Assembly: GCA_963741945.1 (NCBI GenBank)
Contig: CAVUKA010000001.1
Location: forward strand, 672,001-736,000
Direction: 5' to 3'
Source of the DNA: an uncultured Gemmatimonadales bacterium
GTDB lineage: Bacteria > Gemmatimonadota > Gemmatimonadetes > Longimicrobiales > RSA9
Length of the DNA stretch: 64,000 nt
The translations under genes were made by a program, and so were the position numbers. This document shows, in pieces, positions 1 through 9,883 of this stretch; positions within the stretch are counted from its first letter, which is position 1, and every line of letters begins with the position of its first letter. Below the pieces are notes generated by a model. It ran no database searches. It was not told where the DNA came from and saw nothing but the letters and a program-made list of their open reading frames with translations.

Positions 1-1176
1 ATGAAGAGGCTGCCGGAATCGCCGCCTCGTGGTCGCGCCGGGACACGGTTGCCGCGGCGAGCCGCTCCACGATCCGGACTGCGGCGGCCCCGTCCCACCC
101 TTTCGGGCGGCGCCCCGGTCGGCATTCTGCCCCGCCCGCCCCTTCCAGTGCCGCGGCCACGACGCCGCCCACCGTGAGCGGCCAGGGCGCCAGCCGGTTC
201 GTTCCCTCCTTGATCGTGATCGGGCGCTCCGTCTGCTCCCGGAGCGTCACGCAGGGGACGCCCAGCGCGGTGGTCTCCTCCTGCAGCCCGCCGGAGTCGG
301 TCAGCACGACGGCCGCGCCGTCGATGAGCGGAGAGCATCTCGCGGTAGCCCAGCGGCTCCACCACCCGGAGCCGCCCCAGCAGCCCGTCGAGCCCGAACG
401 CTCCGCGTTCTTTCGCGTCCGCGGGTGGATCGGGAAGAGCACGGGCATCTGCTCGTGCACTCGGGCCAGCGCCCGCAGCACCGTCCGGAGCGACTCCGGG
501 TCGTCCACGTTGGACGGGCGGTGCAGCGGTGGCGACCGCGTAGGTGCCCCGCTCCAGCCCGAGCCGGCCGGGCACGTCCAGCGCGCGGGCGTGGGGGAGC
601 TGGTGCAGGAGCGTGTCGATCATGACGTTGCCCACGAACGCGATCCGCTCCCGCGCGATCCCCTCGGCGAGCAGGTTGGGCTCCGCGTCGCGGCTCGGGG
701 TGAGCAGCAGGTCGCGACAGGCGGTCCGTGAGCACCCGGTTGACCTCCTCCGGCATGCGCCAGTCGCCGCTGCGCAGCCCCGCCTCCACGTGGGCCACGC
801 GGCACCCCAGCTCCTGCTTCAGCTTGGCGGCCACCAGCGCGCAGGCGAGGGTGCTGTTCACGTCGCCCACCACCACCACCCAGTCGGGGCGGACGTCCCG
901 GAGCACGGGCTCGAACGCCTCCATGACCCGCGCCGTCTGCACCGCGTGCGTCCCGGAGCCCACGCCCAGGTGGTGGTCGGGCTCCGGGAGCTCCAGGTCG
1001 CGGAAGAAGGCGTCAGACATGCGGGCGTCGTAGTGCTGCCCCGTGTGGACCAGCACACCCTCGTGCCCGGCGAGGCGGAGCGCCCGGAGGATCGGAGCGA
1101 CCTTCATGAAGTTGGGCCGCGCGCCGGCCACCACCAGGGCCCGCAGCGCTTCGCCTCCGTTCACGCGGTCGGTCAT
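1..1176 (-). CDS. wecB: UDP-N-acetylglucosamine 2-epimerase (non-hydrolysing); about 4 indels, 3' end at window edge
   Basis: Motifs GARPNFMK, VHTGQHYD, VGDVNST, HVEAGLRS and PEEVNR; then in shifted frames GNVMIDTL, TLHRPSNVD, PIHPRT and TDSGGLQEETT. Frameshifts near 714, 529, 401 and 330. ATG at 1176 overlaps the upstream TGA. Confidence 0.92.
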
Positions 1177-2684
1177 GCGCTGAGCACGGCGGATGCCCGC
1201 TCGTCCGGCTGCACCGGTTCCTGACCGCAGAGACCCCCGCACGGGGCGGTCAGCAGGTCCATACGCTGCCGCAGCGCATCACCGAGAATGTGCGCCACGC
1301 GCTCGGTGCTCCGCGGGTGCATGCCATCGGAAATTGGCGCGCGGAGGCGCAGCACCAGGGGGTCGAAGGGGCACTGGGACTCGCAGAGCGGGAAGTCCAG
1401 CTTCCACACCGTTCCCGCCGGCGCGCGTGGTCCCCCGTGGGCACTCTCCGCGGTCACTTCCATGTGGAGGAGACCGAAAATCGGGGCGGCGTCGGCGAGC
1501 GCCGCCTGGATCTCCTCGCGGTCCCGGGCGGCCACGAGAACGCCGGCCAGGTCGCGCGCCGCAAGCTTGTCACGGATGACCCGCCGCGCGCGGAGCGGTC
1601 CGGAAGCGAGCACCTTCCCGGCCAGCATGAACTCGTCGTAGCCCAGCCCGCGCATTCCTGCGACCACGACGCCAATGGACGCCAGGCCCGCCGCCACGGC
1701 GATGAGGCGGAGCTCGGGGGGCGGGGCGAACGCCAGCAGGATCCCGAGTCCGGCGAACAGGGCGGCCGCCGTGTACAGCACGAGGACGGCATCGCGGTGG
1801 CGCATCCCCAGCGCCAGGAGGCGGTGGTGGATATGGCGCGCGTCCGCCTGCGAGAGCGGGAGGCCGCGCAGCCAGCGGCGCGCCATCGCCACGGCGGTGT
1901 CCAGCAACGGTATGGCGAGGGCGAAGAGGGGGACGGCCACGAGGACTGCCGTCGAGCTCTTCGTCGACCCGTGCACGGACAGCACCGCCAGGCTGAAGCC
2001 AATGAACAGGCTGCCCGAATCGCCCAGGAAGATGCGGGCGGGGTTGAAATTCCACGGCAGGAACCCGGCCAGCGCGCCGAACAGGACGGCCGCCACGAGC
2101 ACGACGTCGGCGTTGCCCAGCGCGGCGGCCGCGGCGATCGTCGCCCCGAACGCCACCAGCCCCAGCCCGGTGGCCAGCCCGTCCATCCCGTCCACCAGGT
2201 TGTACGCGTTCGTCACGCCCACCACCCAGAGCACGGTCAGCGGCAGCGACACCCACGGCACCAGCAGCTCCCCGCCGCCGAGGCTCAGATGCTCGATCTG
2301 GAAGCCGAGCCCGTACACCACCACCGCCGCCGTCACCTGCGCCACCAGCTTCACCAGCGGACGAAGGCCCCGGAGGTCGTCCACGAGCCCGGCGCCGAAC
2401 ACGATCACACCACCCACCGCGAGGCCCGCCAGCACCCGCGCCGGTGGCGTCCACGCGGCCCCGGACGAAAGCAGAGGACCGGCCGCGGCCGCGGCCGCCA
2501 CGAGCGCGGCGAAGACCCCGATCACAACGGCCACCCCGCCCACCCGCGGCACCGGGCGCGTGTGGATCCGCCGTTCGCCCGGCATGCAGAACAGCGCCCG
2601 CGCCCGGGCGAACCGGATTACGAGGGGGGTGGCCGCCGCGGTGGCGGCGGCCGCAACCAGCGCGGCCAGCAGCGGTAGGCTCAT
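1173..2684 (-). CDS. wecA: MraY/WecA-family undecaprenyl-phosphate GlcNAc-1-phosphate transferase with C-terminal extension
   Basis: Multi-TM protein with GLVDD, NAYNLVDGMDGLA, WNFNPARIFLGDSGS and ADARHIHHRLL. Confidence 0.88.
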   Translation of the reverse strand: MSLPLLAALVAAAATAAATPLVIRFARARALFCMPGERRIHTRPVPRVGGVAVVIGVFAALVAAAAAAGPLLSSGAAWTPPARVLAGLAVGGVIVFGAGLVDDLRGLRPLVKLVAQVTAAVVVYGLGFQIEHLSLGGGELLVPWVSLPLTVLWVVGVTNAYNLVDGMDGLATGLGLVAFGATIAAAAALGNADVVLVAAVLFGALAGFLPWNFNPARIFLGDSGSLFIGFSLAVLSVHGSTKSSTAVLVAVPLFALAIPLLDTAVAMARRWLRGLPLSQADARHIHHRLLALGMRHRDAVLVLYTAAALFAGLGILLAFAPPPELRLIAVAAGLASIGVVVAGMRGLGYDEFMLAGKVLASGPLRARRVIRDKLAARDLAGVLVAARDREEIQAALADAAPIFGLLHMEVTAESAHGGPRAPAGTVWKLDFPLCESQCPFDPLVLRLRAPISDGMHPRSTERVAHILGDALRQRMDLLTAPCGGLCGQEPVQPDERASAVLSA

Positions 2685-2799
2685 CGGTCTTTCGGCTTCG
2701 GGATGGTGCGGACGGGCGAACGCGGGAGAAGCTGCAGCGGAGCGGCGGGGGCGCGCCCGAAAAGCGTCAAACAGGCGTCAAAGCACCGCGGACATGCCG

Positions 2800-4392
2800 T
2801 CATGGCGAGGCACCCGGCGGCGCTGGAACGGACGGCGCGAAAAGGAGATGGCCACCGATCGACGCGGTGGCGCAGGACCAGCCGTCCCCCCATTCGAAAT
2901 CCACCGTCCCGGAGAGCTCGAGGTGATCCAGAGAGCGCCACTGCACGCGGGCATCACCGCCGTGGCTTCCCCCCTGGCGCTCTGGCGCGTAGACGTTTTC
3001 CGCGCCGCGCTCGCGCACGAACGCCGCGCCCCGCACGCGCAGGCGCGCGTCCAGCGCCGCGGCGCCCGCGTACGCCCGCCACTCGGTCCCCTCTCCGCCC
3101 AGCGGATGCCCCAGGAGCACGCCATGGCTGGCCCAGCCGTCGTGGAAGCTGCTGTGCCGGTACCAGTTGCGCCCACCAATGAAGCGGGCGCGCTCAACGC
3201 CGGCGTAGGCGAGGGGCGCGCCGGGAAGCGCGGGGAGGAAGAACCCGAAGACCTGGCCGGGGGAGCGGAACCACGCGCCCGCGCTGTCCTCCGCGCCCCA
3301 GTCGAAGTAGAGCGACAGGGGGACGGGCGAGGCGGTTCGATACGCCACGTCGACGGCCACCACCGAGTTGGCCAGGGCGTTGAACGCTTCCTCCTGCTTT
3401 CCGAAAAGTGCGTAGGCCAGGCCGCGCAGCGTCAGCGGCTCGTTCTCTTCCCCCCCAATGAACATGCCCCGGGTCACCCCGATGGAAACGCGCGGGTGCG
3501 GGTGGACCGTGCCGCGGGCGGTCCACAGCCACGGGTGGCGGATGTCGCCGTTCCTGTCGAGGCGGGAGAGCGTGCTCTCGAACGTCACCGGCCCGAGGGC
3601 TCCGAAAACCCAGGGCAGCCGCACCGGATCCGGCAGGAACACGCCTCCACCATCGAACGCGACGGTCCCGGACAGCACCACGCCGCCCGCTTCCTCCGCG
3701 CGGTACCCGGTGGCGCGGCGCCCGGCCCACATAGCCACGGGCCCCACGACCACCTGCGCTTCCCCGCTCTCCAGCGCCAGCGCCCCGGGCGTCCAGCGCG
3801 CGGCCGCGGAGATGGACAGGTGCGGAAAGACGGCCGCGGCAGCGTCGCCCGCGACTGTGGCCTCCGCGCGGTCGGCAAGCCGCAGCGGGCTGCGCCACCC
3901 GTCCGCCGTGTACGCCCCCGTGCTCACCGCCCCATTCCGGGCGTCGGCCCCGCCGATCACGCTCGCGGCCAGCAGCGCGACGGTCCGGGCGGCCCGGGGC
4001 TCCAGGGCCGCCATCGTCGCCGGGAACTCTCCGCTCAGGAGGTCGAGGTACGCGGCGCCCAGACGCGCGGCCTCGGGATCGTCGCCGGCGGCGGCCGCAG
4101 CGAACGACAGCGTGGCCGTCCGCCGAGTCAGCGACCCCGTGGCCGGGTCCACGCCCGCCGGCAGCGCGCCCAGCGCCCGCAGCCGGCGCAGCGCCTCCGC
4201 CGCCCAGTGGTCCACCGACAGGAATGGCGACGCGAACACGGGTACGTCCGCGGGGGCGCCCTGCTGCGCCGCCGCCCCCGCCGGGAGCAGCGCCGCGCCC
4301 AGCGCCACGGCACACGCGCCGACAACGGCCCGGGCCATCCCTGCTGGGAGGGCGGGCCGCGGCTCACGGCGTAGTATGGGCAGATCCTGCAT
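2800..4392 (-). CDS. Capsule assembly Wzi-family outer-membrane protein (start may be ATG 4338)
   Basis: Signal-like N-terminus, beta-rich body, WYRH...GVLLGHPLGG motif; lies between upxY and wecA. Confidence 0.65.
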   Translation of the reverse strand: MQDLPILRREPRPALPAGMARAVVGACAVALGAALLPAGAAAQQGAPADVPVFASPFLSVDHWAAEALRRLRALGALPAGVDPATGSLTRRTATLSFAAAAAGDDPEAARLGAAYLDLLSGEFPATMAALEPRAARTVALLAASVIGGADARNGAVSTGAYTADGWRSPLRLADRAEATVAGDAAAAVFPHLSISAAARWTPGALALESGEAQVVVGPVAMWAGRRATGYRAEEAGGVVLSGTVAFDGGGVFLPDPVRLPWVFGALGPVTFESTLSRLDRNGDIRHPWLWTARGTVHPHPRVSIGVTRGMFIGGEENEPLTLRGLAYALFGKQEEAFNALANSVVAVDVAYRTASPVPLSLYFDWGAEDSAGAWFRSPGQVFGFFLPALPGAPLAYAGVERARFIGGRNWYRHSSFHDGWASHGVLLGHPLGGEGTEWRAYAGAAALDARLRVRGAAFVRERGAENVYAPERQGGSHGGDARVQWRSLDHLELSGTVDFEWGDGWSCATASIGGHLLFAPSVPAPPGASP

Positions 4393-4485
4393 CAGATTCT
4401 GTCATATCCCGGTGATCGGCGGCGAGGCGCGGCGGATGCCCGCGCGCTCCCGCGCGCTACGATCTGTGGATCTTGGGTGTACGGC

Positions 4486-4989
4486 CTACTTCAATGGAGA
4501 AACAGCGTCTGCAGAGACATCGACTTCGAGGGCCTGGCCGATGCGGTCGATTCCCACGAGGAGGCGGCGCCTGCCGCGGATCTCCCGGACCCGCCCGCGC
4601 ACGCCGCGGAAGGGGCCGCTGACCACCCGCACCGTTTGCCCGGTGCGGAAATCGGGCGCGGGATTGGGTCGGAGCCCGGAGGCCGCGAGCGCCTCGACGA
4701 AGCGGCGGACGTTCTCGATCTCCTCGTCGCGGATCGCGGCCGGCTCACCGGCGTGTCGGACGACATCGGCTACGCCCGGGGTGCGGACCACGGGGATCAG
4801 CTCCTCGCGCTCGAACCGGCAGAAGACATAGCTGGGGAACACGGGCCATTCCACGACCTTCTTCCGGTCGCTCCACTGACGCTCGGTCGGGACCATGGGG
4901 AGATACGTGGGGAAGCCTTTCCGCCTCAGCAGCGAAGCGGCCTTCTTTTCGCTCCTCGCCCGGGTATGGCACGCGTACCAGCTGGCCAC
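4486..4989 (-). CDS. UpxY/RfaH-like NusG-paralog transcription antiterminator
   Basis: WYACHTRARSEKK, RQWSDRKKVVEWPVFPSYVF and KOW motif GQTVRVVSGPFRG; GTG start with GGAGG RBS. Confidence 0.9.
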   Translation of the reverse strand: MASWYACHTRARSEKKAASLLRRKGFPTYLPMVPTERQWSDRKKVVEWPVFPSYVFCRFEREELIPVVRTPGVADVVRHAGEPAAIRDEEIENVRRFVEALAASGLRPNPAPDFRTGQTVRVVSGPFRGVRGRVREIRGRRRLLVGIDRIGQALEVDVSADAVSPLK

Positions 4990-5127
4990 CTATACACCTC
5001 CGGCCCATCGGTCACACAGGGCACTTCCGATACAGCCCGGGGGTTCGCGGCCGCCGCGTTGCGGCGGATCTGTGGTTCAGAGCCGAGATCACGGGGCGGG
5101 CGGCGCCCGCCCCTCCTGCGAGCCGTA

Positions 5128-5155
5128 AAGCTAGATGAAGAGCGGCCGTTGTCAA
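5128..5155 (-). promoter_or_regulatory. sigma70-type promoter of the upxY-wzi-wecA-wecB operon
   Basis: Minus strand TTGACA-16 nt-TAGCTT, about 140 nt upstream of upxY. Confidence 0.6.
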
Positions 5156-5503
5156 AGGGGGCACCCCCCACGACGCGCTGCTGGCGCGTTTCGGCGCAGG
5201 CGAAGCCCCGCGGCGCGACATCGCCAATGGACCCGTGGAGGACGGGGCCGTTCGTCGCACGGCCGTAACCTGTTGCACGACCACCCTTTGACGCCTGATG
5301 CCGCTTCTAACCCGGACGGGCCCGTTTCGCGCACCTCTGGATCCGCGTGGCGGCCGCATCAGGCCGCACCCCCTCCCGAAAAGGGCACCCCGGCCGCGAG
5401 GTCGGTCCGCAAAGCCGCGGGTCTCCCCGAGACCGCCCGGCTACCGAAGAGGGCGATTGCCAGCACCGAGCCGGCATGAACCGCTTCTGGGAGAGAGGCA
5501 CGT

Positions 5504-6349
5504 ATGAGAAGAGTAGCAGCGGTACTCCCCCTGATCGTCGCGCTGGCGGCGGCCTGCGGGGAGACGACCACGGCGCCGAACGTCATGATGGCGCCCGCCG
5601 GGGCCAGCCTGGACGCCGGGGGCACTGGCAAGCTGGACACGCCCACGGGCCCGACGTTGGAGTGCCCGGCGAACGGGCAGGACGAAGGCTGGTGCACGGC
5701 CACCTGGGGCGGCGTGGAAGGCGCCGCGTCGTACGAGCTCGTGATCCAGGGCGCCGGCGGAACTCAGAAGGTGGAGACGCCGGCCACGTCCGCGGCGTTC
5801 GAGCTCCCATGGTCGCAGAACGACTGGTGCGTGAAAGTGCGCGCGCTGGCCGAGGGCGGCCCCGGCACGAACTCGAGCCAGTACACGGCGTGCGTGGCGG
5901 TCGACGGCACCGAGCCGACGATCTGCGCCGCCACGGTGGCGCCGGCCCTCACGGTGGCCTCGCCCGCCGCGTTCCCGTACGACATCCAGCGTTCGGATAA
6001 CAACCTGAACCAGAACAGCATCTTCGATGTAGTCTTTTCGGGGACGGTGGACTGGAAGGGCGACGACTCGGGCGTCACGACGTCGCTGACGTACGCCGTG
6101 GACGACGAGTACCTGTCCACCGACCACCCGTCGTACACGGCCGCCGACATGGTCGATACGGACGTGGAGTCTCTGACCGGGACGGCCTGGTCGCAGACGA
6201 TCCCGCTCCCGGCCTACAAGCTTGGCGGCGATGCCGATGGGCATTCGTACCTGGTCACCCTCACGGCCACGAACTGCTTCGGCAGTGCGCAGACGACGGC
6301 CACGGTGGTCTTCGATCACGACAGCGGGAACGACAAGAAGGAAAAGTAG
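5504..6349 (+). CDS. Secreted Cys-containing lipoprotein with FN3/Ig-like beta domains, function unknown
   Basis: Lipobox LAAAC; WGGVEGAASY and WCVKVRA FN3-like pattern; GAGAGG RBS. Confidence 0.75.
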   Translation: MRRVAAVLPLIVALAAACGETTTAPNVMMAPAGASLDAGGTGKLDTPTGPTLECPANGQDEGWCTATWGGVEGAASYELVIQGAGGTQKVETPATSAAFELPWSQNDWCVKVRALAEGGPGTNSSQYTACVAVDGTEPTICAATVAPALTVASPAAFPYDIQRSDNNLNQNSIFDVVFSGTVDWKGDDSGVTTSLTYAVDDEYLSTDHPSYTAADMVDTDVESLTGTAWSQTIPLPAYKLGGDADGHSYLVTLTATNCFGSAQTTATVVFDHDSGNDKKEK

Positions 6350-6387
6350 GCCGCCCCCCTCTCTCTCCCCGGGGGTTCGATGAAACG

Positions 6388-6429
6388 GCCGGCGGGGCGG
6401 TTCCGGGGTACCGGGGCCGCCCCGCCGGC
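6388..6429. terminator. GC-rich hairpin between convergent genes, possible terminator
   Basis: CCGGCGGGGCGGTTCCGG...CCGGGGCCGCCCCGCCGG inverted repeat. Confidence 0.5.
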
Positions 6430-6451
6430 TTCCATTTCGGTCCTGCCGCCG

Positions 6452-6509
6452 CGCGCCCTTCCGTCCCGAGGCCGGCACCGCGCGCCCTTCCGCTCCGAGG
6501 CCGGCGCCG
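6452..6509. repeat. 29-bp tandem direct repeat, 2 copies
   Basis: cgcgcccttccgtcccgaggccggcaccg / cgcgcccttccgctccgaggccggcgccg. Confidence 0.8.
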
Positions 6510-6512
6510 CTC

Positions 6513-6692
6513 GATCAACTCGACCTGTCGAGCTCCCTCGACCGGGCCGATGTCGAGTTGACAGCGCGACCCACAGCAAACTCGACATCCCCTCGTCCAC
6601 GCCGGCCGGGCACGGTCGACTTGACTGCGAATTCCGCCACCAATCCGACATCGCCGCCGGATACGAAACGCGAGAGGTCGAGTTGATTGCGA
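6513..6692. repeat. Regularly spaced palindromic repeat array, period 62-63 bp, variable intervening sequence
   Basis: GTCGA(G/C)TTGA at 6552, 6615 and 6677; AA(C/T)(T/C)CGAC at 6517, 6579 and 6642. Confidence 0.75.
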
Positions 6693-6764
6693 CCACCGGG
6701 CCGCCTGGCGACGACCGCGACGTCCCTGGCCGCCGCGCCACCCCGGCCCCCCCGTCCGCCCGCC

Positions 6765-7322
6765 CTACTCCACCGCCGGCAGCTCCTCCTCCGCCACATC
6801 CGCGAGCCGTGCCGCCGCCGCGTCCTTCTCCGACAACACGGGCCGCGTCACCGGCCAGCCGATCCCGATGTCCGGGTCGTCCCAGCGGATGGCGCGGTCG
6901 TGCTCCGGCGCGTACGCCCGCGTGCACTTGTACGCCACCACCGCATCCGTGTCCGACGTGACCACGTAGCCGTGGGCGAAGCCTTCGGGGATCCACAGCT
7001 GCTGGCCGTTCTCCGCGCTCAGGAGCTGTCCGACCCAGCGGGCGAACGTGGGGGAGCCGCGCCGGATGTCCACGGCCACGTCGAACACTTCGCCGTGCAC
7101 CGCCATGACCAGCTTTCCCTGTGGCCGGGGCCACTGGTAGTGCAGCCCGCGCAGCACGCCGGCCCGGGAGAACGCGACGTTGTCCTGGACGAAGTCGCCG
7201 GGGATGCCGTTGTCGGCGTAGCGGTCGCGTCGCCAGGTCTCCAGGAAGTGGCCGCGGTCGTCACGGAAGACGCGGGGCCGGATGAGCTTCACCCCGTCGA
7301 GGGCCAGGTCGATCACGTCCAT
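6765..7322 (-). CDS. rfbC: dTDP-4-dehydrorhamnose 3,5-epimerase
   Basis: [53 protein letters not shown]. Confidence 0.95.
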   Translation of the reverse strand: MDVIDLALDGVKLIRPRVFRDDRGHFLETWRRDRYADNGIPGDFVQDNVAFSRAGVLRGLHYQWPRPQGKLVMAVHGEVFDVAVDIRRGSPTFARWVGQLLSAENGQQLWIPEGFAHGYVVTSDTDAVVAYKCTRAYAPEHDRAIRWDDPDIGIGWPVTRPVLSEKDAAAARLADVAEEELPAVE

Positions 7323-8200
7323 CGGGCCGGCCGCTCGAGGATGTTCAGCAGGTAGCTTCCGTAGCCGCTCTTCCGGAGCGGCTCCGCCAGCTCTCGCAGG
7401 CGACGATCGTCGATCCACCCCATCCGGTATGCGATCTCTTCCGGCACCGCCACTTTCAGCCCCTGCCGGGCCTCGATGGTCTGCATGAACGACGACGCGT
7501 CGTGCAGCGACGCGTGCGTCCCCGTGTCCAGCCACGCGAAGCCGCGACCCAGCACGTCCATGCGCAGCGAGCGGCCGCGCAGGTACGCCAGGTTCACGTC
7601 CGTGATCTCGTACTCCCCGCGCGCCGACTTCTCCAGCCCGGCCGCGATCTCCACCACCCGGTTGTCGTAGAAGTAGAGCCCCGTCACCGCGTAGTTCGAG
7701 CGCGGCGACGCCGGCTTCTCCTCGATCCCCACCACATCGCCTTCGTCGCCCAGCTCCGCCACCCCGTAGCGCTCCGGGTCCTGCACGTAGTAGCCGAAGA
7801 TGGTGGCGCCCTCCGTCCGCGCGCCCGCGTCGCGCAAGAGCCGGCTCAGCCCATGGCCGTAGAAGATGTTGTCGCCCAGGACCAGCGCCACCGGGTCGCT
7901 TCCGATGAAGTCGCGCCCGATGGTGAACGCCTGCGCCAGCCCCTCGGGCGAGGGCTGCTCGGCGTAGGAGAAGGAGAGCCCCCAGTCGTCGCCATCGCCG
8001 AGCAGCTGCCGGAAGCGCGGCAGGTCCTCCGGCGTGGAGATCACCAGGATGTCGCGGATCCCCGCCAGCATGAGCGTGCTCAGCGGGTAATAGATCATCG
8101 GCTTGTCGAACACCGGGAGCAGCTGCTTGCTCACCACCCGCGTGATCGGGTACAGCCGCGTGCCCGCGCCCCCCGCCAGTATGATCCCCTTACGCCCCAT
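7313..8200 (-). CDS. rfbA: Glucose-1-phosphate thymidylyltransferase
   Basis: [42 protein letters not shown]. Confidence 0.97.
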   Translation of the reverse strand: MGRKGIILAGGAGTRLYPITRVVSKQLLPVFDKPMIYYPLSTLMLAGIRDILVISTPEDLPRFRQLLGDGDDWGLSFSYAEQPSPEGLAQAFTIGRDFIGSDPVALVLGDNIFYGHGLSRLLRDAGARTEGATIFGYYVQDPERYGVAELGDEGDVVGIEEKPASPRSNYAVTGLYFYDNRVVEIAAGLEKSARGEYEITDVNLAYLRGRSLRMDVLGRGFAWLDTGTHASLHDASSFMQTIEARQGLKVAVPEEIAYRMGWIDDRRLRELAEPLRKSGYGSYLLNILERPARWT

Positions 8201-9768
8201 TACCTTTCCTCCCCCTGCCCCATTCCGTGTCCCCGTCCGTGCTCCGTCTGGCGTGTCCGGCCGTTCCCTCCATGTCCGTGCCCATGTCCGTGTCCGCGTC
8301 CGCGTCCGTGTCCGCGTCCGTGCCCGCGTCCGTGTCCGTGTCCGTGCCCGTGTCCGTGCCCGCGTCCGTGCCCGTGTCCGTGTCCGTGTCCGCGTCCGCG
8401 TCCGTGCCCGTGTCCGTGTCCGCGTCCGTGCCCGCGTCCGTGCCCGCGTCCGTGTCCGCGTCCGTGCCCGTGCCCGTGTCCGTGCCCGCGTCCGTGCCCG
8501 CGTCCGTGCCCGCGTCCGTGTCCGCGTCCGTGTCCAGCCCCAGCCGCTCGCCCCGGTACGCCCCCGACCGGATCCGCTCCCACCACCAGCGGTTCTCCGC
8601 GTACCACGCCACGGTCTCCCGCAGCCCCTCCTCGAAGCTCCGCTCCGGCCGCCATCCCAGCTCCCGCTCCGCCCGCGCCGGGTCGATGGCGTAGCGGAGG
8701 TCGTGTCCCGGCCGGTCCTCCACGAACCGGATCAGGCGACGCCGCGACCCATCGCCCCCGTCGCCCTCGTCGCCCCTCGTCGCCCTCGTCGCCCCCGTCG
8801 CCCCCGTCGCCCCCGTCGCCCTCGTCGCCCTCGTCGCCCTCTTCGAGCGAGAGCGGCCCGGCGAGGTCGTCGACGACGTCGCAGATGCGCTCCACCACCT
8901 CGAGGTTGCGCCGCTCCCCGTGGCCGCCGAACAGGTACGTGGCCCCGGGCTCGCCGCGCTCCAGCGCGAGCAGGAGGCCGCGGGCGTGGTCATCCACGTG
9001 CAGCCAGTCGCGCACGTTCTCGCCCCGCCCGTACACGGGCAGCGCCCGCCCCTCCAGCGCGTGCAGGATCATGAGCGGGATCAGCTTCTCGGGGAACTGG
9101 TACGGGCCGTAGTTGTTGGAGCAGTTCGTGACGACGGTGGGCAGGCCGAACGTCCGGTGCCACGCCCGCGCCAGGTGGTCGGAGCCGGCCTTGCTGGCGG
9201 AGTACGGGGAGCTCGGGTCGTACGGCGTGTTCTCCGTGAACCGGCCGTGCGCCCCCAGCGACCCGAACACCTCGTCCGTGGACACGTGCACGAACCGGAA
9301 CGCCGCCCGGCGTGCGTGGTCCAGCCGCAGCCAGTGGCGACGCGCCTCTTCCAGCAGCACGTACGTCCCGACCACGTTGGTCTCCACGAACGCCCCCGGC
9401 GCGTCGATGGACCGGTCCACGTGCGACTCCGCGGCCAGGTGCAGCACCGCATCGGGACGGTGGCGGTCGAACACCGCCCTCACCGCGTGGCGGTCCCGGA
9501 TGTCGGCGCGCTCGAAGACGTAGCGGGCCTCGCCGCCCTCGCCCGAGACCTCGCCCGAGCCGTCCGCGGGCACGCCGGGGGCGCCCTCGACCTCCCGGAG
9601 CGAGTCCAGGTTCGCCGCGTACGTGAGCGCGTCGAGGTTCACCACCCGGTGCGGCGTACTCCGGACCAGCATCCGGACCACCGCCGAGCCGATGAAGCCG
9701 GCCCCGCCGGTGACGAGGATCGTGCGGCGGTCGGGGGCAGTCACGGGGTCTCTCCCAGGGTCGTTCAT
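8190..9768 (-). CDS. rfbB: dTDP-glucose 4,6-dehydratase with repeat-encoded insertion and tail; +1 frameshift at 8769-8778
   Basis: [34 protein letters not shown] and [14 protein letters not shown]; conserved C-terminus [13 protein letters not shown]...YRGERLG lies in the other frame. Confidence 0.92.
8272..8535. repeat. Hexamer array, 44 units mostly GTGTCC/GCGTCC/GTGCCC, encoding (D/G)(T/A) dipeptides at the RmlB C-terminus
   Basis: Read directly; 264 bp. Confidence 0.95.
8751..8841. repeat. 9-mer array, 10 units GTCGCCC(T/C)C, encoding EGD/GGD; one 10-nt unit shifts the frame
   Basis: Read directly; aberrant unit GTCGCCCCTC at 8769-8778. Confidence 0.92.
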
Positions 9769-9883
9769 GGTGGGCGTACGGGTACGCGTGGACGGGGCGC
9801 GCTGTCAAGGCGGGGCGGCGGCGGGCGCATCCGGAAGGGGCGGGCGGCGGACGCGTCCGGGCGCCGTCCGTCGCCCCCCCACC

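Noticed and set aside
2671-2680. AGCGGTAGGC resembling an ops element
   Set aside because: Wrong strand for the operon, imperfect match, and inside the wecA coding start.
6513-6692. Calling the array a bona fide CRISPR
   Set aside because: Only two full units, divergent centres, short spacers, and no leader or cas genes in the window; kept as an unexplained repeat.
7502-9112. ORFs with (CP)n, (RV)n or (SV)n low-complexity tracts
   Set aside because: Alternative-frame readings of the hexamer array in rmlB.
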